Positions 20,608 to 31,385 of a stretch of DNA of 64,000 bases are shown here, piece by piece. Below the pieces are notes generated by a model. That model had not been told where the DNA came from. It did no database searches and worked only from the letters and a program-made list of their open reading frames with translations. The stretch lies in the UHGV virus genome UHGV-1366123. One strand, 5' to 3'. This DNA comes from a virus. The translations under genes were made by a program, and so were the position numbers. Each line of letters begins with the position of its first letter. The first letter of the stretch is position 1.

Positions 20608-20659
20608 TCATTCGGGGGTTATCTGGCAAAGTATAAGAACTTCAGATAACCCCCGAATG
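20608..20659 (+). terminator. Terminator cattcgggggttatctg...cagataacccccgaatg
   Basis: 17-bp stem after stop 20588. Confidence 0.6.
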
Positions 20660-20684
20660 ATTATTAAAAACCTCCTCAAGAAAA

Positions 20685-21881
20685 ATGGAAGCAAATCTCA
20701 AGATTTTCGCATCTGTCATTGATTCAAAGACCAAGGAACAGATCGATTCAATCGTTTCCCGAGAGCCATATTCGTCAGAAAGAGTGAGAATAATGCCAGA
20801 TGTTCATGCAGGTCGAGGATGTGTTATTGGCTTCACATCAACAACAACTCAAGGGAAGGTCAATCCTCATCTTGTCGGAAATGACATAGGCTGTGGAATG
20901 ACAATAGTCAAGCTCGGGAAGATCGATATTGACTACAAGGATCTCAATGGTTTCGTAGATTTGATCGCAAAGAAGGGTGTGCAATCTAACACCCCATTTG
21001 GCGGATTCCTACACGATTTCATGAAGTTTTATGGGATACTGATGTCATCATTACGATGCAATGTAAGTCCAGATGAACTTCAGAAGATCTTCGGCACTTT
21101 CGGCACTCTTGGAGGTGGTAATCACTTCATAGAGATCGGGAAGTCAGAATCGGGCGATCTTTATCTTGTGATACATAGCGGATCTCGTCGTCTTGGTAAT
21201 CACGTCTACAAGTACTACGTGTCCAAGAACTTTGACTATACCAAGAAGTCGAAGTCAGAGAAGATCAAGGCGATGATTTCGGAAATGAAGAAGAATGGTC
21301 TTCACGCACAAATCGAGGAACGTGTAAAGGAAATGCGATCAAGTGAAGAATCCACTGACATTCTCCACGAATCGTTACTTTATGACTATCTCCACGATAT
21401 GGGCGTTGCAGTCGAATTTGCTATTCTCAGTCGCATGTATATGGCAATGTCAATTTGTGAACACCTCGGTCTGAAAATCGACAACACGAAGATTGAGCAT
21501 TGTGTTCATAACTACATCGACGATCACGGTATCATTCGAAAGGGTGCATGTTCCGCTTACAAAGATCAACGTGTTGTAATTCCTATCAACATGCGTGACG
21601 GCATCATAATTGGTCGTGGACTTGGAAATCCAGATTGGAACTACTCTGCACCACATGGAGCAGGTCGTGTGATGTCAAGGACAGAAGCAAAGAACAAGCT
21701 TACTCTTGATGAACTCCAGAAGTCAATGGAAGGTGTAAACACATGGTCACTTTCCGAAGATGTGATAGATGAATCACCTTCTGCTTATAAGAAACTTGAA
21801 GATATTCTTCCATGGCTCTCGGAAACAGTCAATGTGGAAGGCATCTTAAAGCCAGTTTATAACTACAAAATAGCTGAATAA
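20685..21881 (+). CDS. rtcB: RtcB-family RNA ligase (398 aa)
   Basis: MPDVHAGRG, GNDIGCGM, GGGNHFIE, HSGSRRLG, NYSAPHGAGR match the RtcB metal/GTP-binding signature. Confidence 0.85.
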   Translation: MEANLKIFASVIDSKTKEQIDSIVSREPYSSERVRIMPDVHAGRGCVIGFTSTTTQGKVNPHLVGNDIGCGMTIVKLGKIDIDYKDLNGFVDLIAKKGVQSNTPFGGFLHDFMKFYGILMSSLRCNVSPDELQKIFGTFGTLGGGNHFIEIGKSESGDLYLVIHSGSRRLGNHVYKYYVSKNFDYTKKSKSEKIKAMISEMKKNGLHAQIEERVKEMRSSEESTDILHESLLYDYLHDMGVAVEFAILSRMYMAMSICEHLGLKIDNTKIEHCVHNYIDDHGIIRKGACSAYKDQRVVIPINMRDGIIIGRGLGNPDWNYSAPHGAGRVMSRTEAKNKLTLDELQKSMEGVNTWSLSEDVIDESPSAYKKLEDILPWLSETVNVEGILKPVYNYKIAE

Positions 21882-22933
21882 TGCAGATAGTTTTTGATAT
21901 GAACTACATTGCGAATAGGACAGCGTTCGCAATATCCCCTTCCGAGATTTTCTTGTCCACACAAGAGGACAGAGATGATCTCCGTCAAGCTGTCCTACAA
22001 TCGATAAACTTCGTGATCAAGAAGTACAGCAGTGTGACAAACTTTGTATTCTGCTTTGATTCTACGGAGAAGTCGTGGCGATATGGGCTTAATCGTGGCT
22101 ATGATTATAAGGCAAATCGAAAGACATCAACACCAAGATTCGATCGTCAAGGATTCTCTAAGTTCATCTCAGAGTTCAAACGATTCCTCACGGAAAACGG
22201 CTATTGTGTTCTCTCCTATCCTCATGCAGAAGGTGATGATCTCATCTACGTTTCATCGAATCTGATCTTCAAGTCCGACGAATCAGTTATCATCTGTACA
22301 GCGGATTCTGATATGAAACAACTCGTGAAGTTCAATGGAACGAGCTTCATTGCAATGTTCAACATGGATTCGTCGAAGATGATGCACTATATCGACCAGA
22401 GAACAAAGAAGAAGGAAATCTCCACGCTTGATGACTTTTTAGGGATATCTGAAAACGTCATCGAAGACAGCAACAGAACGATCATTGAACAGAGATCCGA
22501 AAAGATCATCCCAGAGAAGGCACTGTTTGTAAAGGTCTTGTCGGGGGATAAATCCGACAACATCCCTTCGGTTTACAAATATCTCAAGGGAAAATCTGAA
22601 GTATCGTTCACTGACCTCCGTGCATCGAAAGTCTTCGAGAAGTATTATGAAGAGAAGGTGGTAAATGGTGAGATGACCGTTGAAGATGTTTTCGAAGATG
22701 CAGATCTCCCAAAGCACATTATCGACGAGGTTCAAAAGTCTCCAGATTATACAGATTCTGAGAAGATTTCCGAGAACATTGGTATTAATCGCAGATATGT
22801 CGAACTCTCACATAAGAGTTATGACGACGCTTACTATGATGCGCTTGAATTGTACGTTATAGGAGAGTTGTCAAAGACACAGAATAATAGAACGTTTGAT
22901 CAGTTTATAGACTCTCAAGACATATGGCAATAA
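21881..22933 (+). CDS. 5'-3' exonuclease / flap endonuclease (FEN, T4 RNase H-like) (350 aa)
   Basis: AEGDDLI, CTADSDMKQL acidic clusters and H3TH motif LSGDKSDNIPSV. Confidence 0.7.
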   Translation: MQIVFDMNYIANRTAFAISPSEIFLSTQEDRDDLRQAVLQSINFVIKKYSSVTNFVFCFDSTEKSWRYGLNRGYDYKANRKTSTPRFDRQGFSKFISEFKRFLTENGYCVLSYPHAEGDDLIYVSSNLIFKSDESVIICTADSDMKQLVKFNGTSFIAMFNMDSSKMMHYIDQRTKKKEISTLDDFLGISENVIEDSNRTIIEQRSEKIIPEKALFVKVLSGDKSDNIPSVYKYLKGKSEVSFTDLRASKVFEKYYEEKVVNGEMTVEDVFEDADLPKHIIDEVQKSPDYTDSEKISENIGINRRYVELSHKSYDDAYYDALELYVIGELSKTQNNRTFDQFIDSQDIWQ

Positions 22934-23331
22934 AGCTGTTTGATATCATCGATTCGATGTGGGATGATACAAAATGGGAGAAGATCTCTGAATCTGATAA
23001 AAGAACTCATTACTTCATGATTCAGAGATTCATGTCGATCATGTACATTGATGAAACATCCAGAATGAACCTTGAGCAAATCAACTATGCTCGTGTGGTA
23101 GACTTTTGGAGAGAAGTGATGAAAAGGCGTTACAAGTCAAAGCCACAATTCCTCTTCACAAAGACCAAGAAACTCGAGAAAGAAAAAGAGAAGAAGATCG
23201 CAGTCGATACGGAAGTTGTCAATTTTTATATGAAGCATAACGAACTCGACAGGCGTGACTTCGATATGCTATTCAAAATGTTCCCCGATGCGCTCAATGA
23301 TGAGTTGAAAATGTACGAGAGGAACATGTAA
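22924..23331 (+). CDS. hypothetical protein (135 aa)
   Basis: ORF overlapping upstream stop. Confidence 0.5.
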   Translation: MAIKLFDIIDSMWDDTKWEKISESDKRTHYFMIQRFMSIMYIDETSRMNLEQINYARVVDFWREVMKRRYKSKPQFLFTKTKKLEKEKEKKIAVDTEVVNFYMKHNELDRRDFDMLFKMFPDALNDELKMYERNM

Positions 23332-23344
23332 AAATCCCCTCCGA

Positions 23345-23392
23345 ATAGCCCCTTGATCGGTAAATAAGCAAATCTCTACCGATCAAGGGGCT
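23345..23392 (+). promoter_or_regulatory. 15-bp-stem hairpin tagccccttgatcgg/ccgatcaaggggcta whose loop contains conserved motif GGTAAATAAGCAAA (copy 4)
   Basis: Motif 23359-23374 sits inside the loop; ATG at 23402. Confidence 0.5.
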
Positions 23393-23401
23393 ATTTCGTA
23401 T

Positions 23402-26400
23402 ATGGACATTGAACAATTTAACATACTCTACGACATCTTCGGTGAATCGTTAGATTTGCAGAGAAACTCATCTTCGAAAATCAATAGCATTTTCGATGGT
23501 GTCCAAAGCATATCGACGAATCTTGAAGAAGTTGCAAAACTTTACAAGGAAAAACTCGAAGAAGAGAAGAAGCTCTCGGAATCTGTACCTCAGATGGCTT
23601 CTATCACTTCTCCGACTTCAATGTCCGACATGGCAACTGTCTCGTTCTATATCGAACAACAGGCTATTCTCATGGACAAAGTGTTCGGACTGAATGGTCA
23701 TTTGTTCATGGATACGATGTTCTCGATAGACAAGGGAATACAACTGATCGCAAAGCAGAAAGCAGAGATATCGGCAACACAACCAGTAGGAGGTGCACAG
23801 CTTGGTGCAGATATGAGAACGCTTGATCAGATAAGCCAATCAATCAACCTTTTCGTATCTTCTATCAACACAAGTGTAAACAAGAGATACGTCAAGAATA
23901 TAGCGACATTCAATAAGTCGATAAGTGTTCTGATGAAGGGTATCAAAGATGCCGTTGAAAAACTCGACAAGCAGTCTTTGGATACTTTCTCGAAAGCATC
24001 AATGTTTGTTGTCGATTATACTCGTGGCGTTGCGGAGATAGATTCGAGAAATATCACCGATAGAAAGATAAGAGCGATCAAGAAAGCGATATCGATCTTC
24101 AACATGCAAGATCTTCGGGATGTCTCCATTGAAAACACAAAAGCGATTGCTGAATCGATGTCCGTCTTCTCTGTTCACCTCAAACCTTTCATGGATTCTC
24201 TGTCAAAGTCGAAGATGCCTTCACAGAGAAGAATCCAAAAAATAATGAACTCGCTTGGAGAATTTGTCAAGAGCTTCTCGGAGGTGATGAAGAATGGTGA
24301 TGCTTCGAAAATGAAGGCAACTGGTGATATGCTCTCGAGCATTGGTACAGGTATTCGTAAGTTTGCGTGGAGAATCTTTATTGCATCACCGCTTCTTGTT
24401 CTTGCTGTCCCAGGTATGACGATCTTCAAGTTTGTCGTCAAATTCTTGAAGAAAGAACTACAATTCATAGCGGACAATGCTGAAGGATTGAACAGGGGTG
24501 CAGTTGGTATTGCAAAGATGGGACTTTCTGTTCTTGCATTTGCAGGATCGATGGCACTTACGACGCTCATCATGCGACAGATCGATGTTCGACAGCTTGT
24601 ATGGGGTCTTGCAATAACCAGTGCTACAATGTACGGAATGTCGAGACTTTTCATATACTTTGGGAACTCTCGAAACTCTCGTAGAATTGTCGCTGGTGCA
24701 AAAGCGATCGCCTTCATGTCAGCTTCTCTTGTCATTGGTGCACTTTCTCTTTATAGTGTATCACAGGTAGGGATTGACTTTGTAAATGTTGGTATTCTTG
24801 CCTTATCACTTTCGGCACTTGCCGTCGTTTATCACTTCATCGGTAAATCTTGGGTGACAATATCGAAGGGTGCACTCGCAATGTCCGTGATGTCCTTGTC
24901 GATTTACCTTGTTAGTGCATCGATCGCCTTCTCATCTATGGTGGCAATGAAGAGTTGGAAGGGTGCACTAATCTTCATGGGACTTGCATCGGGGATCGCC
25001 ACAATCTGGGGTGTTGCAGGTATGTTCTTCGGTTATATCGCTCTTGGTGCAGGTGCTATGGCACTCGTTGGACTTTCATTGCTCACCTTTGCCCTTCCGT
25101 TGAAGATGGTCGGAGAAGCAATGGAAAAGAGCGGTGATGCACTGATAAAGCACCTCCCAGAGTTTATCAAGGAACTGGTTGTTCCAATGAGCATGCTCGG
25201 GATCGCTTCACCTCTTATTCTTCTTGGATCTGTCGCTCTTGGTGCAGTTGGTGCATCACTTCTTCCATTTACGAAGGTCTTCGAAGGTATAAGCAAATCC
25301 AAAGTTCAAGTCGATGATGTTTCGAACTTCTCAAAATCGATGACGATCCTCGCAAAGGGAGCATCGGACGCACTTTCAGAGCTTTCCTTCCTTGATACTT
25401 TCCGAATAGGATCATTGAAAGATGTCGCAAGTATTGTCGACACATTCTCCACGTCAATGGTCAAATTCTCCACGCTTGGTGACACTTCGAAGCTCATTGA
25501 TATTTCTCGCAACATTGGGGAGATGTTCAAGAACATTATGCACTCCGTCATTATCGCAACTTCCCCCGATGCCATCAAGAAGATGTATGACATTGACACG
25601 AACTGGCTCAAAATCCAAGGATCAATCACCTCGGCAAGTAGAATGTCTTCGGCAATGATCGATCTTGCAGATGGTGTCCGAAAGTGGACAGAGATGAAGA
25701 TCGACGGGGGAGATGGTCAGAAGATTGCAGACAATATAAAGTCGATTCTTGGCATCATCCCTGCATCAATCGCTCCAATGGGGAGATTCTTTGATGACGA
25801 TGACGACATGTGGAATCTTTGGGGTATTCTCAGAAAGTCAGATAAAGATGTAGAAGAAAAGAGAAAATTCGAATATCTCAATGGCCAGACTTTCTCACTT
25901 CGTGAAGTTCGTAATGGTCTAAGATTTACCGCAAAACTCGGGGATTCTCTGGGGGATCTTGCAGATGGTGTGAAGAAATGGGCAGAGATGAAGCTCTCTT
26001 CTTCTGATGTGGAACAGATCGACACGAACATAAGAACAATCCTTGGTGTTCTTCCTCGAAAGATTGCAGACTTCGGGGCAATTGACAAGGATGAGGTTAT
26101 AAACGCAGGTTTCCTTGGATTGTTCCAAAAGTCATCCGTAGAACGAGGACTTGAATATACAGGCGATCTTGGACAAGCAATAAACAGTCTCGCAGATGGT
26201 GTCCGAAAATGGAGAGATGCAAAGCTCACTTCGGCAGATGTTGAAAGAATAACTTCCAATCTCCAGACAATAATGGGTGTTCTCCCTGCTCTCGTCTCTC
26301 AATTCGGTGAACAAGACAAGGATGTGATTCCTACTGGTTTCATGGGGATGATCCTCAAGACCACAGTTCAGAGAGGTATCGACTATGTCAAGGGAATCGG

Positions 26401-27238
26401 GGAAGCACTTATTCCTCTTTATGATGGTGTCGTGAAATGGAAGACGACGAAGCTCTCCGATGAAGACAGAACAGCAATACAGAAGAATATCGAAGGAATA
26501 CTCACCACGATTCCTCAAGTGTTCATGTCTCTTGCAGAAGATGCCGATAAGGGAACTGGTATCTTTGGGATAGCAGATAGTGATCTTCAAAAGGGTGTTG
26601 ATGCAGTGAAGATGTTCAATGAACCGTTGAACATGCTTGTCAACACTATTAAAAACTACTCATCGATTAAGGATGCCGATATTTCGTCTCTGAGAATGGG
26701 TGCTACCTTGAAGAAGACACTGCAGATGATCAACGAAGGATTCTCGTTCCTCACGCCCCACAAGGTCGACACGTTCTCGAAGTTCATCAAGCCATTCTCC
26801 GAATTCACGAAGATACTCACGAAGTTCGGTAAAGATATGAAGGATGTCTCGGCAGATTGGAAGTCTATAGAATCCGTGATTGATAAGGCGAACTCGTTCG
26901 AACAGAACAGATCGAGATCTTCATACTCATTCCCTTCACTTTCAAAGCCTTCGGGAGGATCTTTCGCAAGCTATCAGTCATCCACTGGTTTCAAGATAGA
27001 GAAATCAAACAAGGAAACCATGAAAGTGGATAGAAAAGCAGGAGAAACCCCAGAACAGCTCCGAACTCGACAGATTGACAAGATCATCCAGTCGATGGGT
27101 ATGATCCTTGATGCTCTTGGTTATAGAAACTCGGATGGTGCTGTCCAACAGAACGCAGTCGCATCGATACTTTCTGACCTTAAGGATCTGTTTATGGATG
27201 GTAATGCTAAGGTGAGAGTGAATGGCAAGATTGGCTAA
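23402..27238 (+). CDS. tape-measure-like / internal virion protein with TM segments and four tandem ~45-aa repeats (1278 aa)
   Basis: Repeats LADGVRKWTEMKI.., LADGVKKWAEMKL.., LADGVRKWRDAKL.., LYDGVVKWKTTKL..; long hydrophobic central region. Confidence 0.5.
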   Translation: MDIEQFNILYDIFGESLDLQRNSSSKINSIFDGVQSISTNLEEVAKLYKEKLEEEKKLSESVPQMASITSPTSMSDMATVSFYIEQQAILMDKVFGLNGHLFMDTMFSIDKGIQLIAKQKAEISATQPVGGAQLGADMRTLDQISQSINLFVSSINTSVNKRYVKNIATFNKSISVLMKGIKDAVEKLDKQSLDTFSKASMFVVDYTRGVAEIDSRNITDRKIRAIKKAISIFNMQDLRDVSIENTKAIAESMSVFSVHLKPFMDSLSKSKMPSQRRIQKIMNSLGEFVKSFSEVMKNGDASKMKATGDMLSSIGTGIRKFAWRIFIASPLLVLAVPGMTIFKFVVKFLKKELQFIADNAEGLNRGAVGIAKMGLSVLAFAGSMALTTLIMRQIDVRQLVWGLAITSATMYGMSRLFIYFGNSRNSRRIVAGAKAIAFMSASLVIGALSLYSVSQVGIDFVNVGILALSLSALAVVYHFIGKSWVTISKGALAMSVMSLSIYLVSASIAFSSMVAMKSWKGALIFMGLASGIATIWGVAGMFFGYIALGAGAMALVGLSLLTFALPLKMVGEAMEKSGDALIKHLPEFIKELVVPMSMLGIASPLILLGSVALGAVGASLLPFTKVFEGISKSKVQVDDVSNFSKSMTILAKGASDALSELSFLDTFRIGSLKDVASIVDTFSTSMVKFSTLGDTSKLIDISRNIGEMFKNIMHSVIIATSPDAIKKMYDIDTNWLKIQGSITSASRMSSAMIDLADGVRKWTEMKIDGGDGQKIADNIKSILGIIPASIAPMGRFFDDDDDMWNLWGILRKSDKDVEEKRKFEYLNGQTFSLREVRNGLRFTAKLGDSLGDLADGVKKWAEMKLSSSDVEQIDTNIRTILGVLPRKIADFGAIDKDEVINAGFLGLFQKSSVERGLEYTGDLGQAINSLADGVRKWRDAKLTSADVERITSNLQTIMGVLPALVSQFGEQDKDVIPTGFMGMILKTTVQRGIDYVKGIGEALIPLYDGVVKWKTTKLSDEDRTAIQKNIEGILTTIPQVFMSLAEDADKGTGIFGIADSDLQKGVDAVKMFNEPLNMLVNTIKNYSSIKDADISSLRMGATLKKTLQMINEGFSFLTPHKVDTFSKFIKPFSEFTKILTKFGKDMKDVSADWKSIESVIDKANSFEQNRSRSSYSFPSLSKPSGGSFASYQSSTGFKIEKSNKETMKVDRKAGETPEQLRTRQIDKIIQSMGMILDALGYRNSDGAVQQNAVASILSDLKDLFMDGNAKVRVNGKIG

Positions 27239-27254
27239 AGTGCCCTCTTGATAC

Positions 27255-27336
27255 AAGAAGGGTACTTTCCTTGCAGTCGAAGATGCTCAAAGGTATGAAA
27301 ACAACAGAAGATGTCTTCGAGTGCAAGGAAAGTACC
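27255..27336. repeat. Palindrome-pair module (caagaagggtactttccttg ... gcaaggaaagtacc)
   Basis: Two GTAC palindromes about 50 bp apart just after the TMP stop. Confidence 0.65.
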
Positions 27337-27665
27337 ACGGAAAAACTCGAAAAGTACATAAATCAAAAATCCAAAAGAATAATGGTGGGAAATCGTTGGT
27401 TTAGACAGGTGGTTATCAATGCAACAATGTTCGTCATGTGCAGTTGCTTTATAACGTTTATGATAGTTTCAGTGATGTCATTCTTATCTTCCAAATCCAT
27501 AACTTTTTACGATAGTAGAAGCGGACAAGACACGATAACTCTGGTTGATACGATATACGTTCAAAGCCCAGACACAACAGTGGCGATGGACACTGTTGTG
27601 AGGAACATGGAAATAAACAATGACAATGTTGTAAACGATTGAAAAATTGGAAACACAAAGCAGGT

Positions 27666-27706
27666 GAGAGCCGATGATCTTGATTGATAGAAAGATCATC
27701 GGCTCT
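27666..27706 (+). terminator. Stem-loop gagagccgatgatctt...aagatcatcggctcttc
   Basis: Inverted repeat, T-rich tail. Confidence 0.55.
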
Positions 27707-27728
27707 TCCGTTTTTCCGCCTACAAAGT

Positions 27729-27745
27729 GGTTAAATAACGAAATA
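27729..27745 (+). promoter_or_regulatory. Conserved upstream motif GGTTAAATAACGAAATA (copy 5)
   Basis: 27 nt upstream of ATG 27772. Confidence 0.45.
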
Positions 27746-27771
27746 TAAATAGAAACGATAATTAAAAACAT

Positions 27772-30700
27772 ATGGCAAGAGCAACTGTTAGTCTTTCTGA
27801 TTTAAAGACAAAGTTCAAAGGTGCTGGTGTCTTTACCATGATTTCTGATGAATCGGTAACGTCATATAACGCACCTGGTAGAATCTCTGTCCTTGTACCA
27901 GGTTTTTCAAAAGTTGGATGGTTCAACAGACCATTCCTCATCGAAGCAGGTGATGTTGAGACTTTGAGAAATCTGTATGGCGCACGTGATAAGTCGCTTG
28001 AAAGGAAAGGATCATTCTTCCACAAATCAATAGAAGTACTTCTCAAGAATACACCAGTCATTGCGCTTAATCTCGTGAAGTTCAATGATACGCTAAAGGA
28101 AGATGGTACTCCTGCAGAAGATGCAGACAAGGTCGATTTCCTCTCGCTATCCACTGAACCACAGATCAAGAACATCGGCAAGACGACGAAGTTGTATTCT
28201 TCATTCTTCAAGAAGGATGACTGGTTTATTCCTTCTGCAGAGAATGTTCTCGCAAATAGACGTGATAAGTCAATTTTTAATCTTGTAAACCTTTCACAGC
28301 AAAAACTCTCATTCATCATCAAGAAGGCAGAACTTCGAGGTTATGACATGAAGCTCAAGGAATGGTATGATGGCAATGTTCCAGCGTACCTTGATCCAGA
28401 GACATCAGTCAACGACTACATCATCGAAGTTATCGCTATTGTTGGTGATTATTCTCAGATTTCTGATTTTGATGTTAGATTCAAGGGACTGTTTGAAGGA
28501 GGTCTTCTGCAGGCAGACAAGCTTGAAGATTTCCTGCGTCGTCAAGATATCGCCATCAAGTTCAGAACTGTAGGATCACTTATCCCAGACTTCCGCACGA
28601 AGAATGGTGAAAATCTCTACATTGAACAGATGATCAACTCGTCGACGATTTCTCACGGTGTCGTTTGTGCAATTGATAGAGAGCAGATCGAAGACAAGCA
28701 GTACAACATGCACGAACGACAGATTGATGTTGTTTGCTCTTCAATCATCCAGAATCCTGCCGATTCTCTGGAGATGCTTTCTCACGTGTCGAAGTCGTTT
28801 GGTCAGAGAACAGTAATCGAGCCACGTGTGTTCTCGGAAGAGATGGTCATCGACGAGATCTCACTGTCCAAGTTTGAAAAGGTAGATGATAAGACTTTCC
28901 TCTTCACCGACAAGTCAGACGATATGTACACGAAGCTTCTCCGTATTGTGAAGACTGGTACTCACCCACACGTGAAGGTAAAGCGGAAGTACACTGTACC
29001 AGAACATGACACATCGCACTCTGAAGATCGTAAGCGTGTTGATGGCATTCTCCACAAGTACACTAACGACACCGCAGTTGGATCAAAGCTGGAAATCACT
29101 GAAATGGGTGATATTCGTCTTGTGTTCGATGAAATCGTATCATTCCCTCTCGGTAAGGCAACTTTCAAGGTTGTGGAAAATGAGAACGCAGTGTTCATCG
29201 ACGGATCTCCTGCAAAGAACGCAGATGATGTCGTGGCATATGCCAAGAAGATCGGTTTCAATGCAGTGAAGACGGATGGTGGTAAGGTCGATATCATCCC
29301 CACTACCAAGAATCTCGCAGAAATAAACACCGAAGTTCTGACGACGGCACGCCACGACGTATTCGACACCTATGATAAGACCACTGGTGATATCATCAAG
29401 AATGTTGCAGGTAACACGAACGTTGCCACTCTCACGAGAGAACAGTCTGATATCAAGGACACTGACCTCAAGGCAACGATTTCGGTCTATGGTGATGGTA
29501 ACATTTACGTTGAAGATGACACCGATAAGAACAAGTGGCTGTTCCTTGAAGACATTCACATCGGTTCTATCGAAAACGGTACTGCTCGTGTATGGGCAGA
29601 AGGCTCAAGCATAAACGGTGATGTTGTCGCTGTTCAGTATGATCAGAAGTCACGTGAAATTTCTGACAGCGTTAGTGTCAACTGCTATGAGTTCTATGTC
29701 TCATCTGTAGGAAATGAAGAAGCACTCTTCCTCAATTCTGCACCGAAGGTAACGATTGGTGAACTCGACTATGGTAACAAGATCGAAAACGTTCTTGATG
29801 TTGTTGCAGATAAGTCCAACAAGCTCTCCTATCAAGATGTTGAACTTATCAAGACCTTCTACAAGACTGCTACGTTCAACATGGAGAACATTCAGAAGAT
29901 ATCGCTTGATCTCTCTTCTATTCGCACTCAGAAAACGTTCGTTGTAGAGCAGAAGGTGTTCGAAAAGAACCCTATCGAAGTCGGGGATAAGATCAAGACT
30001 ACGATGGATGTGCACAATGTGATATCGATCAAGCAGGAACTGGTTGGTGGCAAGAAGTTCTTCATCGTCGAACTCGATGGTTCGATTGGTGATGGTCGTT
30101 TCTACAGAGAGGTTTCTGTTCACGAGCTTACGAAGTTCTACAAGGTGTTCTCTCTTGATGGATTCCAGATTAATCCGAAGTCTATCCCAGATGGATCAAA
30201 CAAGTCCATTCGTGAGATTTACTCAGTGATTTCTGAAACCAACATCGGCAAGGCACTTTCTGATCCCGAAGCGATCTCGTTCCGATATATCGTTGACACT
30301 TTCAATGGTGGTATCGAACCAAAGTGCAAGAGCTACATTTCAGAAATTGCCAAGAAGCGTGATATCTGCATGGCGATCATCAACATTCCTCGTGTCGATG
30401 AGTTCAAGAAGCACAAGAATCCAAGATTCACGGCATCACCCACTTCGACCAATCCTTCTCCTTCGGTAGAAGTCAGATACATCGTTGAAGGTGGGAACAA
30501 GGCAGAATCTCCCGAATGGTTGTTCTCTCTCCCCGAAGAGGAGCAGGGTGCATCACATTCAGCATTCTTCTTCCCAAATGTTTCAGTTACGGAGACTGAC
30601 GGCTCTACGTCATCTATCCCACCTGCCAGCTATGTTGCATCTTGCTTCATGCGCAAGTTTGGGACAACGGACGAATACAAGCCTTCTGCAGGTATCATCC

Positions 30701-31197
30701 GTGGTGCAATAACTGGTGAAGGTGTTACTGGTGTTGACTTCCGTCTTGGATCTGATGATTACCGCTCTCTCATCGAGTTTGGTATCAACCCAATCATCAT
30801 CAAGAACGGCTCTCCGATAATCTACGGTAACGAAACTGGTTATCAGAGATTTACGTCTGCACTCAACAACATTCACGCTCGTGACCTTCTTATAACCATA
30901 ACTGAGGAAACGAAACGACTCATCGATCCTTACGTTTATGATTATAACGATGATACGATGAGAGCAACGATCAGAACTATTCTCAACGGTTATTATGGTT
31001 CTCTCCGTGATGCTTATCGTGCAATCGAAAGCTTTAAGATAACCATTGATAGAACCAACAACCCTGGGTGGCTGGTCGACAACGATGGTGTTCTTATTGA
31101 CGTTGAAGTCACGATTACTGGTGTTGCCAAGAAGTTCATCAACAGAATCACCCTTAAGGGAAGATCGGTGAATCAGACAGGCTTTACCATAATATAA
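27772..31197 (+). CDS. large virion/tail protein (1141 aa)
   Basis: Long ORF immediately downstream of TMP-like gene; beta-rich. Confidence 0.6.
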   Translation: MARATVSLSDLKTKFKGAGVFTMISDESVTSYNAPGRISVLVPGFSKVGWFNRPFLIEAGDVETLRNLYGARDKSLERKGSFFHKSIEVLLKNTPVIALNLVKFNDTLKEDGTPAEDADKVDFLSLSTEPQIKNIGKTTKLYSSFFKKDDWFIPSAENVLANRRDKSIFNLVNLSQQKLSFIIKKAELRGYDMKLKEWYDGNVPAYLDPETSVNDYIIEVIAIVGDYSQISDFDVRFKGLFEGGLLQADKLEDFLRRQDIAIKFRTVGSLIPDFRTKNGENLYIEQMINSSTISHGVVCAIDREQIEDKQYNMHERQIDVVCSSIIQNPADSLEMLSHVSKSFGQRTVIEPRVFSEEMVIDEISLSKFEKVDDKTFLFTDKSDDMYTKLLRIVKTGTHPHVKVKRKYTVPEHDTSHSEDRKRVDGILHKYTNDTAVGSKLEITEMGDIRLVFDEIVSFPLGKATFKVVENENAVFIDGSPAKNADDVVAYAKKIGFNAVKTDGGKVDIIPTTKNLAEINTEVLTTARHDVFDTYDKTTGDIIKNVAGNTNVATLTREQSDIKDTDLKATISVYGDGNIYVEDDTDKNKWLFLEDIHIGSIENGTARVWAEGSSINGDVVAVQYDQKSREISDSVSVNCYEFYVSSVGNEEALFLNSAPKVTIGELDYGNKIENVLDVVADKSNKLSYQDVELIKTFYKTATFNMENIQKISLDLSSIRTQKTFVVEQKVFEKNPIEVGDKIKTTMDVHNVISIKQELVGGKKFFIVELDGSIGDGRFYREVSVHELTKFYKVFSLDGFQINPKSIPDGSNKSIREIYSVISETNIGKALSDPEAISFRYIVDTFNGGIEPKCKSYISEIAKKRDICMAIINIPRVDEFKKHKNPRFTASPTSTNPSPSVEVRYIVEGGNKAESPEWLFSLPEEEQGASHSAFFFPNVSVTETDGSTSSIPPASYVASCFMRKFGTTDEYKPSAGIIRGAITGEGVTGVDFRLGSDDYRSLIEFGINPIIIKNGSPIIYGNETGYQRFTSALNNIHARDLLITITEETKRLIDPYVYDYNDDTMRATIRTILNGYYGSLRDAYRAIESFKITIDRTNNPGWLVDNDGVLIDVEVTITGVAKKFINRITLKGRSVNQTGFTII

Positions 31198-31240
31198 GAA
31201 CTTTGGGAACTGAAGACCATAGTTGTTATTGAACTTTGAG

Positions 31241-31277
31241 GATTGGGCTGTTGGGAGAAATCTCGACAGCCCAATCT
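31241..31277 (+). terminator. Stem-loop gattgggctgt...acagcccaatc
   Basis: 11-bp stem. Confidence 0.45.
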
Positions 31278-31353
31278 CTTCGTAAACCATTCTATTTCCG
31301 TGATTTATAAGAACTTTGGAAAATGTAAACATAGCTGTTGTTAAGTTGTTATG

Positions 31354-31385
31354 TCGGGGCTATCGTCGGGAGATGATAGCCCCGA
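31354..31385 (+). other. Hairpin tcggggctatc-GTCGGGAGAT-gatagccccga
   Basis: Shares GCTATCGTCGGGAGA with elements at 31491, 41839, 42283. Confidence 0.5.

Noticed and set aside
27271-27642. 123-aa ORF downstream of the TMP-like gene
   Set aside because: Its 5' third is encoded by the palindrome-pair repeat module; a shorter hydrophobic peptide from an internal ATG is possible, but it is not supportable as a confident CDS.
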